From NCBI RefSeq assembly GCF_040938485.1, contig NW_027271191.1:434001-498000 (forward strand): a stretch of DNA of 64,000 nucleotides, in the 5' to 3' direction. Every line of letters starts with the position of its first letter. Positions within the stretch are counted from its first letter, which is position 1. Shown piece by piece: positions 36,330 to 47,739 of the stretch. Origin of the DNA: Diadema antillarum (taxonomy: Eukaryota). The translations under genes were made by a program, and so were the position numbers. The notes beneath the pieces are model-generated. The model made no database searches. It saw only the letters and a list, made by a program, of their open reading frames with translations, and was not told where the DNA came from.

Positions 36330-39300
36330 CGTGTGCGTGTGTATCAGAACGCGGAATGAAAGTGGATGGATTAGAGAGAATGACTAAACTGGTAAAGCAT
36401 TTTAATGAATGTTTGTGTGGTTTACGATCTCAGCAGAGTTGGTTTAATTGCTTCATAGGCCGAGGAAATTGATTTTAGAAAAATATTCAATATCATTCAA
36501 AATCTATTTAGGATGAAATTTAATTTCATAGGCTATGAAAAGTTGCCCAAACTTTTATTCAAAACAAGTATTTTCTCTAAAATGGTTTCTTTCTTCTTTC
36601 TTTGTTCTTCTCTGTTCAGAAAAAATTCGACTCACTGACAGTCAAAAAAGTTATTCCTGTGACAAATTTCACAAGTAGGATTTCTATAACTGAAGAAAAA
36701 AAATCTTCATTGTAGACATGGTAAATTTTCGATTAAGGGACAGTCATAAAGTTTACTCTTATTACAAATTTCAAAATCAACAGATAAATGTGTCTTTGTG
36801 ATTGGCAAAAAAAAAGTAATCTTATCCGTTATGAACTTTTCTTCCAAAAAATCATATCACGTGAGTACGATTTGCTTGAATTGCATCGTCTGAGTTTGCC
36901 TGGTCAGTTCTGGGCCCTCTTTTATGAAGAGTTGAAATTGATTATATTAATTTCAACTGTTAGTCTATGGCAGCCTGGCAGCCTGTGTGGTAAGGAAATT
37001 TAAAATCGATTTTATATTTTGATAAAACGGGGCCTTGGGCCATTTTTGTGTCCGCTTTAAAATTCACATCGCAGAGAGCTACTCGACGCAATACTACCCT
37101 ATGGGGGCGCCATTTTACAATATCATTGTACTCTGTAATACTGTATAATAGGCTGTGTCATTCCGTAATCAAAAGCTACTTTGCAACACGACGCAGAGAG
37201 AGGGGAACGGCCAACGCAATCGTCGTCTTAGACGTCCGCGTCTCAAATCTAAAGCTCCCCATTGTTACCGTGATACGCAAACGCTGAGATTATAGAGCGC
37301 TCACCTGCGCGATCATTTCTGAATTTGACAGTTGGACCTTTGACTTCAACGAGCGACTCGGAGCAGCACCTCCGTGTTCCTTGAACACGCTATCATGCAC
37401 GTCACCGTCATCACCGGCTTCCAGCTGCCCCTCGCTTCCTTTCTGGGCGTCGATTATCATTTGCAGAAAATCTGTCCTCTGATAGATGGATTGATTTATC
37501 AATGTAAAATGCAAGGAAAGCAGAGATCAACTGAGGTTTCGCCACAGTTTGACACAAACGAAAGTACGATTTGAGGGCAGAGGTTTTAAGAAGGAAGATA
37601 AAAGCTGAAAGAGCCAGAAACGATTCATTCGATATTTCGTACCATTTTGTTCTACTAAAAATATTTAAGTAATGATACTGGTTTCGCTATCTAAATCATA
37701 ATACCCACTTCCGTTGTGACAGTATGACTCAAACATAAACAAATACGATTGCAATTTGAGGGCAGCTATTTAACGATAAGGAAGATAAAAGTTGAAGGAG
37801 CCAGAAGAGATTCATTCGATGATTTGTACCATTTTATTCTTCTAAAGAATATTCAAATAATTATTTACTGGTTTCACTATCTAAATAAAAACACCCACTT
37901 CTACGTTATAGCCTTAAAACGGCTCTAGGGATTGTTTGGAGTAAGTATATATAGGGTACTTATGTATAATTCTGTTCACCTGTAATGTTCAAGACCATTG
38001 CTGTCAACAATAATAACTGGTTCTCATTGACATGAAAAACTTGTGGACTGTCTCTCATACTCCTTTTTTCTTGCTCCTTTTGTGTTACTTATCTTTTTGA
38101 CCTCATTGCATTCAACATATTAATTATCTAATCCAGATGTGTAGATATGAATTTATTGCAAAGTAAATTTCTTCAATACTCACTATCACTCAGATAATCA
38201 TCGTTGAATTACATAATCATATTTTCAATACTCTATATAGTGTATAAATTGCCCAAATTATTATGTGAATTAAAGTGCAAAATGAAATCATCCCATCTTT
38301 CACATCGTGTGCAGCGGTACATTTAAGTGCCGGAATGAACTAATGTGCAAAATAATCATTAAAGCATTTAGAGGAAAAAAGTTTGCTTCAAGCGATCAAA
38401 CCTGCCTTTTGTTTATTTTCATTTGGAGCTTTCCGCATGGCTACCGTTTGTTGAATTACATCGCGAAAAAAGTCCATCGAGTCTTGAGGGAACAAGAAAA
38501 CCTTGAAAAACTTCAGTATTGGCGACGTCCAGGGCAGAAAACCTGGCGATTGAAATTAAGTGAATAAATGATAAAAAAATGGCAACTTACTGGATATCTA
38601 CTTGTTTCTTCTTACAGTCAAGACCCTCAGGGACTTCAAGTGAAAAAACAACCCCGATATTAAGATTTTATAGCAACTGATTGCATCGTTATGTTATAAC
38701 AGTAATATATCCCAGATATCTCAAATTAATTTAAAAAAGAGAGGATCGACTTATCTGTACATACAAATTCAAAAGAAAATTATTGTGTGAGAGCTTAGAG
38801 TGATTTCACAAAAGAATGGCTTCGGTAACAACTTGCTTTATACCATTTTTATAGTAGCTTCAAAGCATCACGCACCCTCTGACAGTGAAAAAAATCTCCT
38901 TGAAAAACAATCGCACCCACCTATAATTCTGCACAGAAAGCATCAATCTACTCTTACCACAGAAAAGTCCGCACAATTCCAAAGTTTAGGCGAGCAATCT
39001 TGGAAAAGTTCATATTGTCTGTCTTTTATAAACTCGGCTTGTTCTTACCGCTTATCAACAATCCCACGTTGAAAATAGAAAAATTAAAGGCTTTATTGGC
39101 CTTGGCTACAAACGGATGATCCGGGTCACCCTGGGAATCGACCTCGAGACCGAAAGCACAGCTCGCTATGGTGTCCATGATAAAGGACCCGTATAATCTG
39201 GAAGACGATGGAGTATAGTGTAAACAATCGAAAGGGAAATAATCTCCAAAATCGGCAAGGTATAGTTACTCCGGCACTTACTACAGTAGTTATCATTAAT

Positions 39301-42300
39301 GACATTACCACATAGGGTGGGGTAAAGGGTACATGCCAACAGGTCATGTAGCATTTTCCAACAGACGCTCCGAAAGCATGTCCTACTTTTTTGTGTTATT
39401 ATCGATATATGATCTAAGCGCAAAATGAATATCTTTTATGCATAATCTAACTCTAAAGAATTTTGTTCTAGATTATGTAATCTATGCATGCACTTAACTG
39501 AAAGAACCGACTATACTGATGTTGGTTAATTACATCACATTTCACACTCGTATTAGTTATGGGCTTAAAGCTTTTTGGTTCTGTCATCTATTTAGATAAA
39601 AACCTTATGTTATTTGCCTGTTCATGCATCATTGTATCACTTTTGTAATTAGTTTTCTGTATTTCTAATCAATTCTGATGATTTTGATGCTGTTTTGCAG
39701 TAATGTATGATTTAGTTTGTTGCAAAATATGGGCAACTGCATATAATGAAGTAAAAAAAAAATCAAATTACTCGTATAAATAAAACGAACAGCTCATTCA
39801 TTTACCACACAAAAAGTCATCAAATTTGTGACTCCATTCAGGATTCAAAATACCATAGATCTATTTTCACTATTTTTTATCTCTCAATAAACAGGATAAC
39901 AGTTCCACTGATTCTAGTAAAGAGGAAATACGCTTTAAGAATGTGAACAGAGTGTTACAATTTCTCATAATCCTAGTCGTAAATACATTTTATTTAAAGG
40001 AATATTAATCTACATAATGGAGACGACGGCAAATTACACTGTAAACATGAAATGGTAAATTAACATTCTAAAAGTTGTTCCTCCTCCAACCTTTTTGTAA
40101 ATGTTGAATTCAATACTCAAAATGTGGATTTACCATTTCTGAAATGGTATTTCAACATTTGGAGTGTTGAATTTAACATTTTGAGTGTTAAATGTAACAT
40201 TTACCATAAGATTGGAGGTGTTGAAACATTCAAAATGTTGATCTACCATTTTATTTTTAAGAGTGTAGCAGGTGTACCAATAATGAGTTTTTACAAAATC
40301 CCCGGTTCGTGTCTTTGCCTCGTATATTAAAACACTCATATTTTGACATCGCTTACTGTTTGCACTCCATGTAGCCTTTAGTTCTCTGAGAGCTTTCAAT
40401 GTTCCTGAGAAGTCTATCAGCCCCTGCAGTCACGTGATGTGACATCTACGTAGCGAAAATAAGACGGGAAAATTCCAGAGGATTATTTTCCCTTGATTTG
40501 CAGTTTTCCCTTTTTGTAAGGGGGGATTTTCGTTAAGATGTCAATACATGAAAGGCTGAACAAAATGTCCTTGCTGAATCAACCTTTTAAAAATGCTGCA
40601 TTTTTAAAGCCTTGCTTGCATTTCAAATAGATGCTTTTGTCAAAGTCATCAACCATTCAAGGAGAAACCTAACAACAAAGCTTAAGAATGAGATTGCTAA
40701 CATCATTGTTAAAATGGCTTCTCCGATCAAATTAAAGATGTAAATCTAATCAAAACTTCTGTTATGATACAAGGACTGTGCAAAGGTTACATGAACCATA
40801 ATTCTGAAATTTTCACACTATATACTATTAAAAAAATTTAAAAATGACTTTGATTCAATCGATGCTATGAGAACGAATACAGTATAGGACCAACACCAAC
40901 ATTTCTATAGAGCAGTCGATCTAGTATTCCACCCACGCTCTGGAATGATTCATGCAAAGCTGAGACCGTTAATGAAGCGATTGTTTGTTTCTGGTGAACA
41001 TTTCAATTTGATTGTTGGACTTCTGTGAGTGTTCGAATTGACTGAATCATATAAACTTTTTAGAAACGTATACTGGTAATTTGAAATTTGAAAGTCACAT
41101 GCGGATTGCTACACCTGTTTCATTTTTGCACCGCTGAAGGTGGGGGTCAGCGTGTTACGGACTTCTCGCCAATGGTCATCCTTAAGATTCATCAGGGCAT
41201 CCTCGAACTCCTTGTTGCATAGTGGCGTCTCCTGCAGGTGGAGACCGAGTTTCAATGTTTTTAAAAAGGTAAAACTACAGAAGTTTAGAATTATTATGTG
41301 AGCCGAAATTCGTTGTCACAAGAGATGTTTTATGCTTTAATTTCTCTCTTAAAGATATGCCATTGTGCATGGTAGTACTAGGTGTTTCAAAAAACATTTT
41401 CCACTTTTGATTCTTAATAATTCAAAAACTATATATCAAATAACACTGCCATTGATATGAGTAATAGCTGAATAGTGTACAATTTGGTTGAAGGTAGTTT
41501 AAATATGAAAGCATAAATAAGTTTCATGAAATCCATGATTCATTTCACAGTTAGGTTCCAGACTTTGCTCTATTTTCAACCCTCTGTTCAAAATTTCACT
41601 TTGCACAGGAGTCAGTGGGTGTGTATGGGAGTGTGTGGCTAACACCCTGACAATGGTCCTGAACAATGGCCAGGGTTTGAATGCTTCATTATTCATTCAT
41701 GAGAAATGCCACTATCACAGCTAGTCTTTATTCAGCCTCTGGCAGTATCTGTGTAAAGTCAAACGCCTGTCGATACTGTCGTTGAGTCGCGTCAGTGCTC
41801 TCTCTACTTCTGAAAAACAAAATTACAATGAATACCTTCTGTTCTATCGTAAACGTGGTGACAGGAATAAAGAAAATCAATTAGAGTATATATACACTTG
41901 TGTATATGGAGCCTTAATAAATCTACTCTGAAACAAATCGCCCCAATGATAAATGCTGATGAACTCTTTACCAAAAATGATCTCTTTTAATCGAAAAAGC
42001 GAAAAATTTGTCTATTTAATTAGTAGACAGTTGTATTGAAATGAGGAACTTTAGATCATTTATGTTTATTAATATCCCAAATTTAGTGATATGTGAAGCA
42101 AAATTTGAAAATGATTGCCAGCTGGAATGAAATGTGGTGTTTGCAAGCACTTTGCCGTGCATGAATTCAGACTAGCAGTGCCCAGGGCAATCCACATGAA
42201 TTATTGATTAAGCATTCATGTGCCAGGGAGCGCCAGACTGATGCCTAGTCAACAGGTGGTTCAGGCATGTCCATTGTTCAGGGCCATTGTCAGCACACAC

Positions 42301-43200
42301 TCACATACACATCATTGGATCCTGTGCGAAGTTCAATTTTTGTACAGAGGGTTAAAATTTGACCAAAATCTGAAACCTTACTTCAAAATCAATCGTAGAT
42401 TTAATGAAACTGATTTATGCTTTCACATGCAAATCACCTCAAACCAAATTGTACACTATCCAGCTATTACTCATATCAATGACAGTTTTATCGAATGAAT
42501 AATTTTTGAAATATTTATGATCAAAAGTGGGAAATGTTTTTTGAAACACCTAGTACGTAGTATATAGAATCTTGACAAATAATACAACATGATATAGATC
42601 GAAACAAGAGGAAATGCAAACTTAGACAAGGTTTGAAACTTCTCGAAACCAAACGCCGATTAAATCCAGACAAAAAGAAATACCTGGTGACAGCAGAAAA
42701 AGCAAACAACGACGAAGAAAACAAAACACTGAAGGAGATGAGACAAGACAGAAATAATATCGAACATCCTTCAATGCAGGGAGAGGTTATTAAAACATTT
42801 TGGCAGATCAGAGATCGCTGATTACAAAAGCGTTATAATCGGATTATAAGGCAACTACTACAATCAACACATCCAGTGAGATGATGATAGACCAAACTGT
42901 GCCCAAGCATGTTTAAAAAATGATCGCAATATTGGTTTAATGGAAATAAATGTATCTGAACTGAACTAGGTGTCTACTGTACACACAGTCATAATCATCA
43001 CGAAAAAAAAAACCTTACCCGTCTGTTTACGAAGGTGTTGAAGCTCTTAATCATGACTTGCCTGACCATGTCAGGATCGCCACAGACTAGGACAGGACGA
43101 CGAACGTCATACAACCTATTTCAGTTCATAAATGCATGAATATAATTATATTCATTAATAAAGACATGAATATCTAAATAAAATACGCACATGTAAATTG

Positions 43201-43250
<50 letters not shown>

Positions 43251-46200
43251 TATGATGAACATATTTGTATATTATAATGATATCAATGTATATATTCATA
43301 TGTTCGCGCCATTTTGTAACATATCCATGTCTGCGCAATACTCTCGTACATGCTAGATACAAGCTTTCAGAATAATTCGTGGTAATGAATAAATCTTCAT
43401 ACAAGACTACAAACGGGGAACTTGTACAAGATAGAAAGAGATGATAAAGATCTTGGATTGATAATAGGCATGTGCCGAATATAGATACATCAGTTAAAAG
43501 TATGCAATTCGCGGTCAAAGCTTGACATATCGATTTGTAAGTCACCAAGCATAATGTCCAACAAATTGGCGATTGCTCGGCCTGAAAATGTAGTTTGCCA
43601 AAAGCGTTTGAATATTTTACGACTATACTCGTTCCAGGCAAAATGTAACAACATATTGCGTGCTATTCTCTGCTGCACCACTGTCTAAATATTGCTTCGA
43701 AGAAGGAGCTTGAATATTGTCTCGTTGACATTACAATGCTGTTATATGAGCTGCCAGTGACAACCTTTCAGAGACTAGATTGCCAGTCGCAAAGAATAAT
43801 ATACCTTGCGCTGACTACAGAGAATATTGTCATGATTGTGGATGAAAACTATTGTAGACCTATATCGTATTTGTCAATAGAGTAAAGAAAGCTCTTTTAC
43901 ACATTGGAACTGAATTTGTGGTGAAAGGAATTTAAAAAAAAATGTAACAAAATTGTATGATCACCTTCTGAGAGTTTCACTATGTGTAATTCATGGTATT
44001 TTCTTCTCTTTTTTTTTCTGAGACGTGAGCTTGGCGGACTACAACACTAAATAGGAAGCCGTTTGTTGTCACAATTGCAGCAGCAATAACCTACCCGAAT
44101 ACTCGACCATGTTCTTTTGCCAGGCGAAGTAACGCGGGTGCAACTCCCTGAAGAAGGGAAATAAGAAGAAAAGAAGAAGAAGAAGAAGAAGAAGGAGAAG
44201 AAGAAGAAGAAGAAGGAGAAGAAGAAGATTATTTCTTTTTTTACCTCTCGCGGCCCGTTCCAGATACTTTAAATCTAAAATTTTGTGCAGACTATCCAAG
44301 AAGTCTACATTTCTCGTTTCAAACCCGTTTCCGCGACTAGGAGAAAAAAAGAACACCGTAACATTCCTATATACTGTCAAGGCCCAACATAATATTATCA
44401 AAGTTGCTTTATAGCCGATGGAAGTGTGGGTATTATAGCTTGTGCGCTCATCAATCTCCGAAACAAGATGCCATTAAAGATTGTTTATAGGGAGTTTAAT
44501 GGAGATCAGAACATAGAACTGAAAAAAAATATAGCTATAGGTTTTGCGAAAGAAGGCTGAACAATGATAAGGATGAAAGTAATAAATCATTACATAGTAT
44601 TATAATGATTTCGATATAGTGAGAATAATGATTTCTACAGTGACTACGTTTTGAAATAAATTGATATTTATAGGAATAGTGCTAATCTCTCGGGGCACCT
44701 GCGATACCGGCGGCGTGAAGTCAGATTACTTGTTTCACTCCTGGAGCGGGTCCTGGGGCAAGGAGGAATGTCGTAGGATTGGAAGTAAGCATCTACTGTG
44801 CAATTGTCAACTATCTGACACACTGTACACCACAGAGCTTCGAAAGGACGTAAAATGTTTATTGTGCCGTTATTTTTAATCTGTCGTTTGCCATATATAC
44901 CTCCGTGAAATGCGTAAGACTGCCAGCGATTGGTCTGGAAGACACCGAAGCCACGCCACGTCTTCTCCAGTATCCATGGCACCAGTAATCGTACCTGTAC
45001 AATTCAGGGACGGAACACGTGGTTACGTATTTATAGCTATATAGCCTATAACCTTTCTGGACTGTTACGCGAAAATCCTTGCCATGATAGATTTCGGTCA
45101 TAATTTTATGCGCGAAGACTGGTCAACATCCTCCAGCAATCAACCAACATGCAGTGGTCGCCAAAACCAATAGGAGATCAAAATCACAAAATTCTCTTTA
45201 AGATCAGCGACTACTGTTGCTGATCAACTCCCGAGCGCCTTGCGAACATTCTATACAACATGTCCAGCGTCTGTATGATGATGGAAACTACCATTGATTC
45301 GTCGCTGATTGGTTGCTAATGACCGTACTGTGCTTGGCAACCATTTAAAGATTAGTAGAGGGCAAAGATACAGAAAATGGCTCTGAAGAATCAGTATTCC
45401 ACAAGCTATCAGCTATGAGGAAATAAGTTAGCATAGCTCTGAGACAACTCCAAATCGTGGACTTTGTAGCGACGGACAGGACGAAGCAAATGAAACTATG
45501 GCTCTTCTCTATGAGAGAAACAAAAGTGACCGCATAATAAAGAGGATGTAGAGCAGAAGACAGGACACCAGGAGAGAATACTTTCCTTCTCCTGTTCAAT
45601 TAGTCGCGAGGTAATTGTTCCTGCAGGAAGGGTGCATCATATAACGCTTTTAATAATGCTTAGGTATATTACGTATCATATACACATTACAGTCAGGCAA
45701 CAGCTCACCAAAAATCCTTTCCTTTGAACTCTCAGTCGGTAATAAACTTATAAAATTGAATATAATTAGCTTAATACAGTATATCATTTTAAAGAAATGT
45801 GTGTGTCATTGTTATCTGCTTATTTTACAAAAAAATGCAAATGAAGGTTGAAATATAATCGAAAGGTTTTTCATTATCTCCAGTGTTGCCGTTTGACTGA
45901 TAATAAACATTCATTCTCCTTATTTTACATATTATATTCATAAATTTGATTCACTGCTGAAGCAGCCTATTCAGTATCAGCATTGCTCTTCCAAACAGTC
46001 TGTCATTATACCAATCTCCATGACAACCAGGTTCACAGTTTTACACCTGCGTTAAAAAGAACATCGCAGAGATTGTATCTAGATCTACTGTGAGAAAAGA
46101 AAAAAAATCAAGTGAAGGAGTTCCTTGAAAAGTTGGCCTCACGCTATTTTACGCTTCCATGGTCGGTTCAGAAAAAAAAATACAGCAACAAGTCAACCAT

Positions 46201-46435
46201 GGTTTGGCTGAGAAGTATACGGCGATTATACGGATTATTGTGTCAATGCCTTTCTTTCATCGTATGGCTGTGACTGCATGTTACACCAATGGTTCACACT
46301 TACGCCTATAGATATATTGAATATCTATATAAGAATCTAAGTATATCTGAATACTTACAAAAAGAATAGAACTACGGATCCAAGGGCAAGAACCCACGTC
46401 GTGGACAGAGATAGACCAAACACCTGGAGTTCCAT
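32991..46435 (-). CDS. Cytochrome P450, CYP3 clan, paralogue C; 13 coding exons, 529 aa (GC donor at exon 8)
   Basis: Exons: 46435-46359, 44994-44901, 44147-44095, 43115-43019, 41231-41115, 40445-40357, 39197-39049, 38542-38406, 37478-37305, 36157-35937, 35159-35022, 34432-34270, 33071-32991; total 1590 nt. Motifs: [60 protein letters not shown]. The exon 8 donor aligned to paralogue B is AAG/gcaggt. Confidence 0.92.
33500..33800 (-). mobile_element. LINE 3' UTR remnant in CYP-C intron 12
   Basis: Minus strand gagggtcccatatcgtacaagctctgcttcttagtgggaccctc hairpin followed by a (ttgaatc)n tail, typical of CR1/L2-class 3' ends. Confidence 0.5.
35756..35926. mobile_element. Harbinger-type MITE, family 1
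   Basis: TIR GGCCCCGTTTCATAAAA ... TTTTATGAAATGGGGCC with a 3-bp CAG target duplication on both sides. Confidence 0.85.
36285..36342. repeat. (GT)n microsatellite
   Basis: Direct reading. Other GT/CA tracts lie at about 4126-4149, 55297-55332 and 57099-57136. Confidence 0.95.
36913..37034. mobile_element. Harbinger-type MITE, family 3
   Basis: GGCCCTCTTTTATGAA ... TTGATAAAACGGGGCC. The interior (atcgatt..aaatttccttaccac..ggctgccatagact on the minus strand) matches 15978-16079. Confidence 0.7.
37565..37902. repeat. Diverged tandem duplication (units about 150-190 bp) in CYP-C intron 8
   Basis: acgat..ttgagggcag..aaggaagataaaag..gagccagaa..gattcattcgat..taccatttt..actggtttc..ctatctaaat..acccacttc occurs twice (about 37565-37712 and 37745-37902). 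Confidence 0.8.
40037..40265. mobile_element. Short CACT...AGTG TIR element flanked by TA
   Basis: TA | CACTGTAAA ... TTAAGAGTG | TA, with internal aacattt/aaatgtt subrepeats. Confidence 0.45.
41378..42553. mobile_element. Tc1/mariner-like non-autonomous element with about 300-bp imperfect TIRs
   Basis: TA | CTAGGTGTTTCAAAAAACATTTTCCACTTTTGAT ... ATCAAAAGTGGGAAATGTTTTTTGAAACACCTAG | TA. The arms align in reverse over about 41378-41680 versus 42260-42553. Confidence 0.85.
43350..43800 (+). mobile_element. Degenerate CR1/L2 ORF2 fragment
   Basis: Translation ...DDKDLGLII... resembles the EKDLGVxID motif; multiple stops. Weak. Confidence 0.3.
44162..44229. repeat. (GAA)n microsatellite in the acceptor region of CYP-C exon 3
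   Basis: Direct reading. It forms a long (TTC)n pyrimidine tract on the transcribed strand. Confidence 0.95.
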
Positions 46436-46690
46436 TGCTACTACTTCATCTGTACATACAATTATGAACAGCCAAATCCAACACAACCAAATTTTGACAA
46501 ATCAGTGGCTGCTTATTCGATGATATTTCACGTAGGCCTATACTTGTCAGGCTTAGGGAAACGCAGAAATGACTGGATACCCCTACACAATGTCATCACA
46601 GAGCAATATCTGCCCCGTCCTATGGTGTGCTGACGTGCTATCGCAAGTATATCTACATTTTCATACGAAGTTATGCACCTCGCTAACCCG

Positions 46691-46700
46691 TGGACTTTGA
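46691..46700 (-). promoter_or_regulatory. CYP-C promoter: HNF4-type core TCAAAGTCCA
   Basis: Plus strand tggactttga at 46691-46700, 256 bp upstream of the ATG. It aligns with the CYP-B promoter, but the adjacent TATATA is absent. Confidence 0.5.
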
Positions 46701-47739
46701 TTTTCGATGCTTTACACCGGACGTGAAATGATAAGTGATCACAAATCATCTATCAGAATTCATACTTTGAACGTCCTGAAATGCTAAACGGCGCAAAATT
46801 CTTTGCCCTTGGCTGGTGTGTGGCCGTGTGGCCGTTGGGTATGATATGGAAACCTGGGCAAGAAAGACTACTCTACTGTATTGTATATGTGCTTTGCCAA
46901 ACGAACCAAATTGTAGCATTTACTACAGAGTGCTTTGGTTGCAAAGTAATTCCTATTATCTATACTATTTATACCGATTATCGTGTGGAGAATCATGAAT
47001 ACCGGTAAATATCAATGACACTGATTACACAGTCACACCCTGTTGCAATATCGATGTTAATTAAGATGTTAATAGATGTGTTAATGATATACTACCATAA
47101 TCATGAAAGCTTTAATCCTTAAAATTTGATGAACGCCCCTAATCTGAGACAAAATGATAGGAAAGTTTCCCAAGTATACATGTTTGAATGAATGCAACAA
47201 TATTTGTAAAAGAACACATCGGTGAAGTTTGAGTACAATCGCACATTCCTTTCAAAAGTTATGATTTTCAAAAGTCTTGGTGCCGCCATTGTTGGATGAG
47301 AAGACTACAACAGTTTGTGATGTCACCGCAGTAAAAAGGATATAAAATATCAAGAGAGCTCAACATATCGTCATTTTCAGGCATGGTGAAGAAGCAACTG
47401 ACTTACCCAATTTAGTAAGCAAGAGAAATCATCTTACTTTTAAAATCGCCAGGTAGAGAAGTCCTTTTCGTTAAAAAGTAACAGTTTTGTTTTGCTCTTT
47501 CATGCATGATGGTCTTTACTCACATATCGATGCCACATTATATCGGGTTGCTGTTTTCTTCCTTTGGAGTATACCACTTACAAATGCTAACATCGTTTCC
47601 GCATTGTCTTCCTGCGTCTCCTGTCAAAACTTGAGTTCTTCTTTTGATTTCAGGACCAACGATAATTACGCAAATGTTCATCGATGTTTAGTTATTATTT
47701 AAGGTGTTTTCAAAAACTCATGAATAATCTCATGTTTAT

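Noticed and set aside
47100-47480. Generic repeat-like blocks (also about 9300-9720, 10200-10740, 57860-58110, 2355-2490, 6950-7050, 62480-62640)
   Set aside because: They look like common interspersed repeats, but I could not define termini or families reliably.
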